Positions 39,820 through 52,300 of a stretch of DNA of 64,000 nt are shown in pieces (position 1 is the first letter of the stretch; the number at the start of each line of letters is the position of its first letter). Source of the stretch: Adineta vaga. Taxonomy: Eukaryota; Animalia; Rotifera. The position numbers were made by a program, and so were the translations under genes. The notes beneath the pieces were generated by a model. The model worked only from the letters and a program-made list of their open reading frames with translations, was not told where the DNA came from and did no database searches. Location: NCBI GenBank assembly GCA_021613535.1, contig CP075495.1, forward strand, positions 15,996,001 to 16,060,000, written 5' to 3'.

Positions 39820-40855
39820 ATATATAGAAACTATTTTTTAGAAGGAGTGCGGATTCTGTAAAGAGCCGCTTTTTGTTTACTCAAAAAGTGAGTACACTGC
39901 TACAATCGGTCAGTGTGTCTGTCCGTTTATTCGATAACTCTTCACAGCTACATTCGATTGAGCTGAAATTTTGTGCGCAGAGTTGTCTCATCAATATCTG
40001 GGTCCAGTTTGAAGATGAGCTTAATCGGTTGTACTATTGCTGACTTACAGAAAAAATTCCCAATATCTCTACATATAAAGCAGCATGTTTCTCTGTCTGT
40101 CTGCCTGTTCGCTATCCATTAAGTTTCTGTGATAGCTTAGGTCACCAAACTTTCCATAGTGCATCCCTGGGTCTAGAAAAAGGTCAAGAGAGTGTTGGCA
40201 TACGATTAGAGGGGTACGGAGGGGTGACCTGGGTGAAATTTCACCCACGTGGTTCCGTAATAAATAACGCCATCAAACTTTCCATGGTGCTCCCCTAGGT
40301 CTAGAAAAAGGCCACAATGCGGTTGGTATCATCAGGGTGAGTATGACAAATCAGTGAAAAAACGTTACATGCTTATATTTGTCCTTACTTTGTACTTTGT
40401 CCTTTTTGCTTTCGGAAGGTTATATAAGTGACTGTTTTGTGTGAGAACGATGCGATATGTGATATGAACAAATAAAGGAAAGCGTAGCTCCATTAGCGTT
40501 GAAGCTTCTTCTATCAAAAATCATCACAGTGAGGAGCAGCAGGGAGATCTTGGTGACTTTCAGCCAAGTCCTCTTTGTATTATTTCACTTTACTAAAGTC
40601 ATTCTAAGTGTTATAGTTGGTGGGAAATGTATAAATTCATTCAAAACATAATTTGCTTGAATTTGAAGGCCTCAGATGAACATAATCCAGGTATCAACAA
40701 TATGTTATTGAGAACAGATTTAGAACCTTGTACTTTTTCAACTATATGGGAAAAGTGAGCGCATAACTAGAATCAATCGATGTGTCCGTCCATCGATTCG
40801 TTCACACGATAACGCGCGAAAGGCTAATTCGCTTATGATGAAATTTGCTAGAGTG

Positions 40856-41089
40856 TACTGTAAATAAAAAAGGTTCCGTAGGTTCTAAATGCTTTAGAAC
40901 GCGACGACAAATCGAATGAAATGATTTTCAAAATCTAGGAAACCTAAAATGGTTTCGTAGACGATGGTTCGGAGACTGTGCCCGCCGTCAGATCCTTTTA
41001 GGTTTCCTAGATTTTGAAAACCATTTCATTCGATTTGTCGTCGCATTTTAAAGCTTTTAGAACCTACGGAACCTTTTTTATTTACAGTG
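40856..41089. mobile_element. Foldback MITE (CACTG-like termini), same family core as 32526-33043
   Basis: ACTGTAAATAAAAAAGGTTCCGTAGGTTCTAAA...AAACCTAAAA inverted at about 40996-41088; TG dinucleotide on both flanks. Confidence 0.85.
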
Positions 41090-41343
41090 TGATGTCATAT
41101 CAATATCTCTCTCGAGTTCGAAGATGAGCCTGATTGAACGAGCCACTGCTGAGTTATCGAAAAATACTGATATTTCCCTATATCTTCTATCTCATACACT
41201 TTTTGCAGTACACATAACTTTCGGATAAAATCCGAAATTTCCTCATTTATTTAGTATATAACATCCTATTGTTTCTAGATTATATTAAGCTTGTACTTTG
41301 AGACATAATCACATTAAAAACAGATCAGCATAAGATAAGACGC

Positions 41344-42300
41344 ATGGGTCATATTATCTCCCTTTTCGTTACAATTAACAGTCGCTGGGAGTCTACAACA
41401 GCGGCTATGCTGATGGCAGTTTCTCTCTTTGTATTTGGAGAGGTGGCGGTTGACAATCAGCATATTCCTGTATTTCGAACAATCATCGTGGGATTGTTTG
41501 GTTTTTTTACGCAGATACTTGCTTGTGTCTTAAATGACATTACTGACATCGAAATAGATCGAATCAATCATCCTCAAAGACCTCTAGCTTCGGGCAAAAT
41601 CGATATCAGAGAAGCTTGGCTCGTGATGGTAATATGTCTCATCAGTTCTTTAGTCTGTGGACTGACTCTGGCATCCTCTAATCTCAGCTATATTTGCTTA
41701 ATTACCCATTTGTGTTGCTCGATTTTGTATTCATTTCCTGGTATTCGTTTGAGCCGAAATTGGTTAACCGGTCCTTTGACTCTTATCACTGCATTTTCGT
41801 GTCATATTGCATTCGTTCTTAGCTGCACATCGCTTTATCATTCTGGGCACTCTGGACAACAACTTATTTTTTTGATTTTGAGCACGACTGTCATGCATCA
41901 TATACTCATTAATCCTATGAAGGATGTTGGTGATATGAAAGGTGATGCAATAGGAGGTGCTACATCTCTTGTGATGTGGATACCAATGTGGGCAACCAAT
42001 TTCATAGTAGTTACGGGATACGTATTACCTTGGATTCTTCTCTACATCAGAGCGGATTTGTATGCATCATCAATTGGTGAAATTGTTGGCATTGTTACAT
42101 CATTGAAAATTTTGGCTACTATTTTTTGTGTGGCCGGATCGATTATATCCTATTATCTACTGTTTGAACCTGTGCCTTTAATTTACTATCGGTATTCGAC
42201 AATTACTAGGTTGCTGCCGCTATATTTGTTTCAAGTTGGGCAGCCGATTGTGCTGTCTGTCGTTCGCTCATATAACTTACATAAGACCAACGATTTTTAA
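41344..42300 (+). CDS. UbiA-superfamily intramembrane prenyltransferase (or UbiA-type terpene cyclase), intronless, 318 aa
   Basis: First Asp-rich motif LNDITDIEIDRINHPQRPLASG, LYS.P..RL, second motif KDVGDMKGD, and multiple hydrophobic TM-length segments. Confidence 0.9.
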   Translation: MGHIISLFVTINSRWESTTAAMLMAVSLFVFGEVAVDNQHIPVFRTIIVGLFGFFTQILACVLNDITDIEIDRINHPQRPLASGKIDIREAWLVMVICLISSLVCGLTLASSNLSYICLITHLCCSILYSFPGIRLSRNWLTGPLTLITAFSCHIAFVLSCTSLYHSGHSGQQLIFLILSTTVMHHILINPMKDVGDMKGDAIGGATSLVMWIPMWATNFIVVTGYVLPWILLYIRADLYASSIGEIVGIVTSLKILATIFCVAGSIISYYLLFEPVPLIYYRYSTITRLLPLYLFQVGQPIVLSVVRSYNLHKTNDF

Positions 42301-43317
42301 AAAAGCAAAAATAGCGAATGTTCGAAAACGTTTACACACTTTTCTATTTTGAGCCCATCTCGACATAAACAATTGACAAAAAACTGATTTTATTTTGAAA
42401 ATGATGAGGTGTCTAAAGGCCTATGAAATCTATTGTTGTAAGAACGTTCGTGTTTTCTTCTTTGTTTTTGCAATTTTTTTCCTTAAATTCTTTAATCAAA
42501 ATGGTCTCATCTCGTATGGTACCATGTAGTTTTGCTCACAATTCGTCGTAAACTTCTCTTCATACACTGCTGTTTATTTCAAGGTACTAGGATAGTGTGA
42601 TACAAATGTCTATTCTCCTTCTCTTCACATTCGTATTGTTTCTGCTTTTTCTTTTTGTGAATAGTTTAGTTTTGTTTTGTTTATTATATGTCTTGCGTAA
42701 ACGAAGGAAACTCTGGTTTTGTCAACCTTCAACTTAGAGATGGAGGGTGTAGGTGAAGAAGATATACCCACACCCTAAAATAATTAGGAATCGCTCTTGA
42801 TATAGATGAACGCCAACTAAACAAGATGAGGTATTAATTTTCCGTCGTTATTATTATGGAAAGTGTTTCTAGGTATTAAATGATTAGAACCTTTGAAAAC
42901 TATTCTGCTATCTCATACAAATAACACGATATTTTGTTAATATTTTAATAATAACTTGTTTCATTATATAATTGATCAACAGGTTTATGCAAAATCTTTA
43001 CTAAAATAACTAGCTTGACAATTGAGTATCTTTACCTTTACTTACCTTATGAAATCAAATTATTATCGAACATATGTAAGATTTTACGAACTTAGAATGA
43101 GAAGGACAACTTTATACACATCGCAGATTCATTACGTTCAATTAATATTGAATGTGATGAATAATAGTAATAATAATTCTTATTATTATCAAAATTACGA
43201 TAGTTTCATCGTTTTTTACATTTTTAACACCTCAAGGGGTTGCGTTGAAACCTTTTTTTATTATGCTACACAAATCCAAGAATGAAAATTGATTGAATGA
43301 ATGAATTGTTTAACGCA

Positions 43318-46300
43318 TTATAGTTTTGGTCGATTGTCTTGTGCGAGAAGCATTTTATAGTAGATTCCACGTTGTTGCACCAATTCATTGTGATTACCAA
43401 TCTCGACAATATGACCTTGATCAAGTACATAGATTGCATCACATGAACGAATAGTTGACAAACGATGTGCAATGATAATCGATGTTCGACTTGGATCTTC
43501 TTTCTGAGCGTGGTCAAGTGCCTCTTGAACAATCTGGAATTATAAAATCAAGGCAAAAAATAGACTAATCAGCAGAAGAAGAAAAAAACGCTCACTTGTT
43601 CATTAAATGAATCCATAGCACTTGTTGCTTCATCAAGTAATAAGATTTTTGGCTGTCGAAGAAGCACTCTTGCAATGGCAATACGTTGTTTCTGTCCACC
43701 AGACATAAAATTACCTTTAACACCAACTCTTGTCTCGTAGCCCTAAATACATCATCGTATTAAACATTTTCAGACAATTATCAGCATCGTTTCTTAGATC
43801 TTAACCTGTGGTAATTGTGTAATAAACTCATGTATATTCGCTTTAGTTGCAGCACTGATGATCTCTTCCATGGAAATATTTTCTAATCCATACATAATAT
43901 TTTCTGCAATGGTCAGATCAAATAAAACAGGTTCTTGACTAACAAGACCAATACGAGAACGAAGCCATTGAACATTCAATTTTCGAATATCCATTCCATC
44001 AAGAAACTAAATGTGTAACAATTCAAGTCGACCAGTCGTTAAAGACAATTTTCTGACTTACTAATTGTCCTTGTGTAGTATCATAGAATCGTTCTAATAA
44101 CTGAAAAACAGTCGATTTTCCACATCCCGATGCCCCTAGAAGAAAAATGTTCTACACTGTAAACTATTAAGACAAATTCTAACGTACCAACTAGAGCAAT
44201 ACGTTGACCTAAACAAAGATTGAAGGTAAAGAAGAAAAGAGCTATTTCAGTAAACTTTTCTTGTTTTGCTTACCAAACTTGATATTTAATTGGAAATTGT
44301 CAAGAATAGCAGATGCTGGTCGAGTGGGATAAACAAATTTTACTTGATCAAAGTCTATATCTCCACGGAAGTCACTCTAGATGAAACACATTACACAACC
44401 GAATAATATAGTAATCTCTTACTAATTCTTGTCCTTTAGTAGATGTGTTATCAATAGATGGTTTTCGATCAAATAAATCGAAAAATATATTTGCAGCAGA
44501 AACCGATTGCCCAATACGATTTGACCTAATATTATACGCGCATACAATTCACTCATAAAATAGGCGATTGTTTCACTTACAGTATGCCGAGTGTTATCAT
44601 TGCGCGTAATGTAAATGTAACAAATGCAAAAACACTAGTAAAATTCAAAGATCAAAGAACTTTTTTGTCAATTCAATTCAACAATTAGTTTCCTTACGTT
44701 ATGATCTTATTCAAAGCTAGTTCATGATTTTCAACAAGGACAAGAGCACGCCAATAGAGAATTGCTATTACCAACGGATCTAGAGCCCAAACGATACCAG
44801 ATATCAAAGCCACGAGGAGATTAAGCTTCCAAGATGTTCTACATAAGTACAAAAAATTTAGTCAAGATTGATCTTCCTCGATATATGCAAAATAGTTTCT
44901 TCGTCTCGAGACGTACTTCAATACTTGCCGAACCAATTCAGTATACTGGCGCAAAACTTCATTTTCAACTGATAATTGTTTGATCGTACGCATATTGTGC
45001 ATAACTTCCACAACAAGCTAAAATCGAGAAACCATATTCACCCACATTCTTAATATCAAATTGATTAAAAAAGGAAAAGACCTACGGAATTTGCTGGACT
45101 GCTATATTGATCGCATTTATTTTTTAACATTGTACCGAAATATATACAGATAGAACTAACGATGAGCTGAATAACGAACAAGAATAAAGATATGAGAGTT
45201 AGTTGCCAACTGAAAATAAAACCAAAAAGTAAACCAAAAACAGACAAAGCCAAGGCTTCACAGATGGCTCCTAATCTAGTTCCAGTCATATCTTGCAGCG
45301 CTGTTGCATTGGAAGCTAGACGAGCACATATAGCACCCGAAGTATTTTCTGGTCGATCAAAATAAGCTAGTTCTTGGCGAAGAAGACATGCAAACGCTTG
45401 CGAACGGATACGTCGAATTAATCTCGATCCTGCTATGCTAAAAGCCGTAAACTAAACAGAAGAAAGAAATCAATAACAACAGTAATATAATTCTCCTTAA
45501 TTAGGTTCTTGGCAAACACAATTCTTACTTGAAAGAAAGTCAGCAACATCAATACCACACCCAAAAGTAGAAAAAATAAGCAGGCCATGAATACTTGATA
45601 GTGAACATTATCATGTCCACAATTTTCGAATGCCTATACATACAAAGAGACATAGTTTGTTTTTGAACGTCTTTGTATAAATCGATGAGGTACTTACATT
45701 GACGATTTTAGTCAACACTAAAGCGAATACTGGCTGACCCAAACCATTGAATACACATCCTAGACAACCAACTACGATAGTAACCCATTCAGGTTTATTC
45801 ATTGCTAAAAGTCGTCGAAACATATTTTTTCGCTCGACTGATGTCGTATCGTTCTGCAAAAGAAATTCTTAGTTCTAGTATGAGTTCAGATGATTAATTC
45901 ATGGACATTTACTTGATCTGTACCGAGTGCTTGACCTTCGCTCAGTACACGAGCTCGTTGTGCTAGACAATAAATAACGTGTTAAAAAAAATCCAAATGA
46001 TTTTTACTTCAACTTTTACATACATATTTGTTTTTCATCTCCAGCTATGGTTGTTACCATACTAATTAGATCGTCTCGATCTTCATCAATCATTCTTGTC
46101 GTTTGTTGAGTTTTCAACATTGTTTGATATTTTCCATCCACTTTGGCCATCAAAGTTTCATGTATACCTTCTTCAATAACTCTTCCTTTGTCAAGCACAT
46201 AGATATGATCGGCATTTTGAATCGTACTCAAACGATGAGCAATGACAATAGTAGTACGATCTATACAGATACAATATAAGTGGTAGACCAAACATTGGCA

Positions 46301-49300
46301 GAAAGACCGAAACTTTTTAGCTGTGACAATAACTGTTTTTTTTGGTGGGCTTTGTGTTAATTTCAAAACCCTTTCTCATCAATTACTTCATGGTGCCTCG
46401 CCATTGCGGCCAGAAGTTCTGATTCGATTTGCGTAACGAGTTTTCAGTATTTATATAAAAATTTGTTTTTGTGATATAAAGACTCAATGGAAACAGCAGT
46501 AACACATATCATGCACTTTGGAGACGAGCTGCTCTTCAGCGAGAGATGCAGCATTTAGTGCGAGTGCATCTCCGTACCGCGGGATATGTGACACCACTCA
46601 GACCCAATGTTTAAAGACCAGAATTTCCGAAAATAAAGAAAAATATCGAGACATTTTTATCCTGAAAAGAAGGAAAACGTTGCAAAATAAATAACATTGA
46701 ATGAAAAAAAAATGAGTGAATGTAGTTGAAACAATAGATGTCTACAATATGCATGTGCTCATCCTGCTAATATGTTATTGATTATTTGTTTATTGTTCGA
46801 TTCGTCTATTGATGTGTAACTTCAGTAATTCTTGATCAGTTGGTTAAGTGACTAGACTGGTATAACTATGAATTACTTGTTTTCAAAAGACGGCCGTTTC
46901 GGCACATCCAACCATTCGTCACTTTATTCTTTTATGCAAGGGTCAAACAAGAGCAAAGCACGTAAAACGATTTTTGCTTATGAATTATTTCCTAAAACAT
47001 ACTAAAGAATGGGTGCTTGCGTTTCCTATCGATCAAAAACTAGAGTTTTGTTTGACAGCCATGTCATTTATATAGATGGTACATTTATTACGTCCCTGGT
47101 GTGTTCAATCAAGAGTTTCTAATTCATGTACAACAATTTAATCAAGTTGAGAACCGTGGGCATTGTTCCTGTCTATTTAGTCTTCATTTTGAAGAGGTTT
47201 ACCGGTGGTATTCTGCTTATTGCCAAGCTTAGCACTATTGATTGGAGCGCAAAACAAATAAATGTATCAATGTAATTTTGATATTTTCTTATATTAGTTT
47301 TCGATATTTTCCTATCGCAAGACCGGATGTTCGACGTTCTGCCTCTTCCTCATTAAATAATAGAAATTTCGTTTTGCAATACTCTCCTATTTTTTCTTTC
47401 GGCATTTTCCAGCAAACCCAAAAGCAAATCTATAGGTATTCAGTTTAACACAGAAAATTCGTTATACAAATCGAATCGGGTCTTCTGGCCTACCCTTTTT
47501 CGTCTCAATACAGTAATAGACAACGAAATATTGAAGAGATATTACTTTTCGATGCTCGATCAAGTGCTTCTTGAACAATTTTTTCGCTAGCGTTATCGAG
47601 AGCACTTGTTGCTTCGTCCAACAATAATATATTCGGTTGTTTCACCAATGCACGAGCTAAGGCAATACGTTGTTTTTCACCTCCACTTAACTGTATACCA
47701 TCTTCACCAACCAATGTTCCATATTTCTAAAAGGCAAACATCATACGAGACACATTTGTCAAAAAGTGATACAAACATCAGGTAATTTCATAATGAAATT
47801 ATGTGCATTGGCTTCTTTGGCTGCTACTTCGATGTCTTGATATGTTGCATTGAGTTTACCCAAACGAATATTCTCATAAATACTCATACTAAACAAAATC
47901 TATTCAAAGCCAACATAAGAATCAAACAACAGAAGAAGAAGACTAAAAACATACAGGTTCTTGACTAACAACACCAATGTTTTGTCGAAGTTGTTTAATA
48001 TCATAATCTAGAAGTGGTCGATCATCGATAGTTATTTGACCAGATGAAGGCTCATAGAATCGAAGCAGAAGAGAGATACATGTACTTTTTCCTGACAAGA
48101 ATAAATCAGCACATTTCAACAACATATCTATTTACTTGAGGTAAATATTTACCAGAACCGCTCGAACCAACCAGTGCAGTAGTTTGATTAGCACGAAATG
48201 TCATCTTAATATCATTCAGAACTGTTGCATCCTTTCGCGAAGGATAAACTAAGCTGACTTCATGAAATTCTATATCGCCAATAAGATCTTTAACTGATTC
48301 GTCTTTGGATTTATCCGCTCTCAATACATCATGCTCGTTGACGCTGCTATTTGTTTCCTAATATAATAAAATAATATGATTATGATTATCATCATGATAC
48401 ATATATTGTATTTGTTTTACCTCGTTAATCAACCGAAATACAGGTGATGCTGCTGCTTCCCCTTCCAAAAATGTCTGAACAAGAGGACCAATGAGAGCTA
48501 AGAACTGGACACATTGTGAAAAGAGCGTAACGATCTATACAAAAATAGACTCCTTCAGTTATATGAATTGTTTTCGATTGTTTCATTTTCACAATGACTT
48601 ACGACAAGAATGTGGTTAATGTTTATGACAAGGTGATCTGCAGATGACATGAGAATGGCACCAAAAGTGAAACCAACAGCATAAACTAAGTAGGTCACAA
48701 AAGACATCCAACCTATATACCCACCAAACAGAGCACCTTTGCGAATCCCACTTTGATGCGTCGGATCCAGTTCGTTGTCGTACCTAAATCAGTGTTGAAT
48801 TTAAGCCTTTAGAAAAATGGAAAAAGCTAAAATAATCACAGCCCGAGCTTTAACTATGAACTCTGTAAAAACAAGATGTCATACTGAACCACAAAAAAGT
48901 CTGAATTTGGATACCATTTTCAGAATTTTTTCACGTTCGACTATAATTCTCTCGACTAAAAGGAGGGTCATATGAAAAAAGTGGTTTGTGTGTATGTGTG
49001 TTTGTGTCAGAGTCAAAGCCCAAAGATTGAAAGACGAGAGTAGACTGAGAGTGAGATGATAAAGGGAAAATGGTGAGCGCCGACAGGGGTAAAGTTAAAA
49101 ATCTCACAGCATAAAAATGTTCGCTTGCCTATTCGATCAAGGTTTCCTGACCGATCAGAATTTGAGGGCCAAAAAACTTGAGTAGAAAAGTTATTTGGTA
49201 TTTCAAGCATGCTCTGACTTGCGCGAAGTTGGATATAAATTATTAGTGACTAATTGGAACACGATATTTTTCCTGATGACTTCTTGTTTTATATTAAAAT

Positions 49301-52300
49301 GTGGATAGAAACCAAGCAGCGCTCATGCTTTAAATTCTCTGACTCTTATGTGAAAGAATTATTCTCTGTATTGAAAGGAGAGTCATACGAACAAAAAAAG
49401 GTTGTAGATGTATGTCTTTGTGTCGAAGTGACAGGTTAGACTCACTCTAACGATGAAAACGCCTCTCTATGACTTATTGTATAAGGTCATAGGTCTAATC
49501 TTGAGTTTTTTTTTCCAAAGACGATCAATCAGAACTCAAGACCATGAAATCAACCGATCAATTTGTTTCATCCATTAGTACGACCTAGTTATCTATATTC
49601 ATCTTCGATCTTTCTATCAGTCATGTTTACCGTCTCATAGTAACAGAAGTATTCGAGTGGGATTGAATCTCGCTGTACACTAATATGGACTTGCTTACTC
49701 TCGATACGCAATGTCTGCATACGAAGAATTGCTTTTCACGCGTTACATATATTTGAAAGATCGATGCGCAAATGCAAATTGCGTGTACGACTATTCGTGA
49801 TCTTAGATGCGAGACGAATAATCTGATTTTTTATATTTCAACTTGGGAATACTTTGACAGATATGATAATTTTAATGAGATCTAAATCAGTCGATGGTTA
49901 AGCGAGTCTCCCTCGACGAACTCTTTTATTCATTCTTCTAAAAATCGTTCTAACCTTCCAGAGAACAGAACACTCGATATACTTCGTCTAACACTACTGA
50001 TTGGTTCTATATCTGACTATTTATTTCTATCATTTAACCGATATTTCTACTCTTAACCCTATTTCTAACCTAATTCTTAACTGTCTACTTCTTTTCTTAA
50101 TTTTACCCATAACTTCAACTAACTACCTAACGGGTGTTCCAGGAGACATGAGTGGTGCGTATTTTAATAATATTTTCCTTACTATTCATTTGTTGAGACT
50201 CAACTCTTTTTTAAAGGCTGGGCTTGGAGATCTAACAGAACAACACCTTCTACAATGGCTACCGCCAGAGATATTACATTTCATACGGAATCAACAGTAG
50301 TTTCGAAACTTGAATTCACGTATTGAATTATTATACATGAATAGTTGAACTTTCAACTACTTAGTTATTCTATTACTCCGCTAACATCCTCTTCCACATC
50401 CTCCATATGCTAATACCTCTCCACTACTTCCCCGACGCTCTCCCTTGCACCCCCAAGAGTGTAAGACAGAGCCATTTAAAAATTATTAGACATTTTTTAT
50501 TAGTCATGGTTTTTAGTAAAAAACATAGTGAAGATAGAAACGTTTGATGGTTCATTAGTAAATGAATAAAAATTGAAAAGGTTCTGCATGCTTGCTAAAA
50601 CCTTAAATAGTCTCCCATGGCACCATTTTTGACAGAGAACTCTAGGTATGATTCTTAAATTCATTACCTTCTTTATACTTTTGAGCGAATTCAATTCAAT
50701 CGAAATAGCAGTTACTTCAACTTTTAAAACAACAGATGTTAAAGATTTTTCTTTGAACACTTTAACTTATTTATTTGTAAATTATCTTTTTTTTGGCATA
50801 TACGTTGAACCTTAATATATCTTCGATAACACGCTTTTTTTCATGTAACCTATGTGAATCTGCAAGCTGTGGACTTTTGAAGGCATTACTAGTAGAAAAC
50901 TTCAGTTACTAATTCTAACTTTGTTTATGTAAATAAAAATCGTCCATATGTTTATGGTTAAGTTTTCTGTTGATATAAAGTCATTTGCTTTATACCAATG
51001 CTATACCAGCGTATTAGGACATTCTTTCTATAGTTTTATTCGCTAATTGCTACGTACATTACACAATTGACTATTCTATTATGAAACACGATCTAAACGA
51101 ACGTGTTGAAGCGTTTAAGGGTGACAGTTTGAACTCCCTTTTCCTCCACAGACCGTGATCGACAGACTGAAGGACCTCATAACAAACTGTGACGGATACT
51201 GGAGTGATTTTTACTGTTATTCTACAGACGTAGTATACAAAGGACTCAAAATCTTCATAGATTCATAATTCGACAAACTATATATATATATATATCTTGG
51301 GCAATATATGGACACTCTGAAAAATTGGTATTTTATGAAACTGCTCAAAAAAGATTTCGTAGATGCATAAAAAAAAAACTCTTAATGATAGAAATGTGCA
51401 CCCACTATCCGCCACACCACAAACTGTTACCAATTTCTTAATTAATTAACTAGTTAATTAGGTACTGTGAAATACAACGGATAGACTTCAACGAACCCGT
51501 CGGGGACCGTTATCGACACGAGTCACAGGTTATTAGATGCAAATCCTTACCATTCATCACAGACCATTAGTAATATCTGAATGAATTAATTAAATACTTA
51601 TTTAGTTATCAAAGACCATGACCCACATCAGAATAGCTCTTTCTATTCTATTACACACCATGATTCATAAAGCAACATAGGCCAGCACAGAAGCCACTAC
51701 ATAAGAGCCACGACCGAGCGTCATAACGACCTGCTCAATCAACTTTTCAGCTTCGTGTGGAGCATGTATCATCTTATAGAACACATTATTTTAGATAAAA
51801 AATCTATCTTGTAGCTTAATCAGATGTTTTCCGGTAAAGATGCGCAGCGTCTGAAAACAAAATTTTCACTCAAACACTGTTCAGAAGCCAAACAGTAAAT
51901 TTTTTTACTATTTGCTAATTCATCATTCCTTCATCGCCAATTATATAAGCCGAAAAGTCAAAGCATACGATCCGAACACAATTTCGGATATTTTTCTTAC
52001 TACTCGTCCGATTTCTCAGTAACACCTAAAACAGTTGAGACGAGTCGCTACACAAACTGATATCTGACACTCTCTTATTGAGGATCACAAACTTCTTCTC
52101 TCCCTTTTAGATAGCCGTCGATGAGAGGTGTTTGCAGAAAAAAATTTGGCAAATTTGCTCGAGCTGATCTGCGTAAAACCATTTTCAAAATGTATATGGC
52201 AAAATGATAGCAATCCATATTTAGATAAACTTTTCCAGATCAGCATGATAGAATTCGCTAAAACATTTTTTTCCAGAGACTATTCAATTAGGCCTACCAG

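Noticed and set aside
30398-42300. Bacterial contamination as the source of the intronless genes
   Set aside because: They are embedded among eukaryotic transposons and next to an intron-rich gene, with no operon or ribosome-binding-site context. Read-level confirmation is still advisable.
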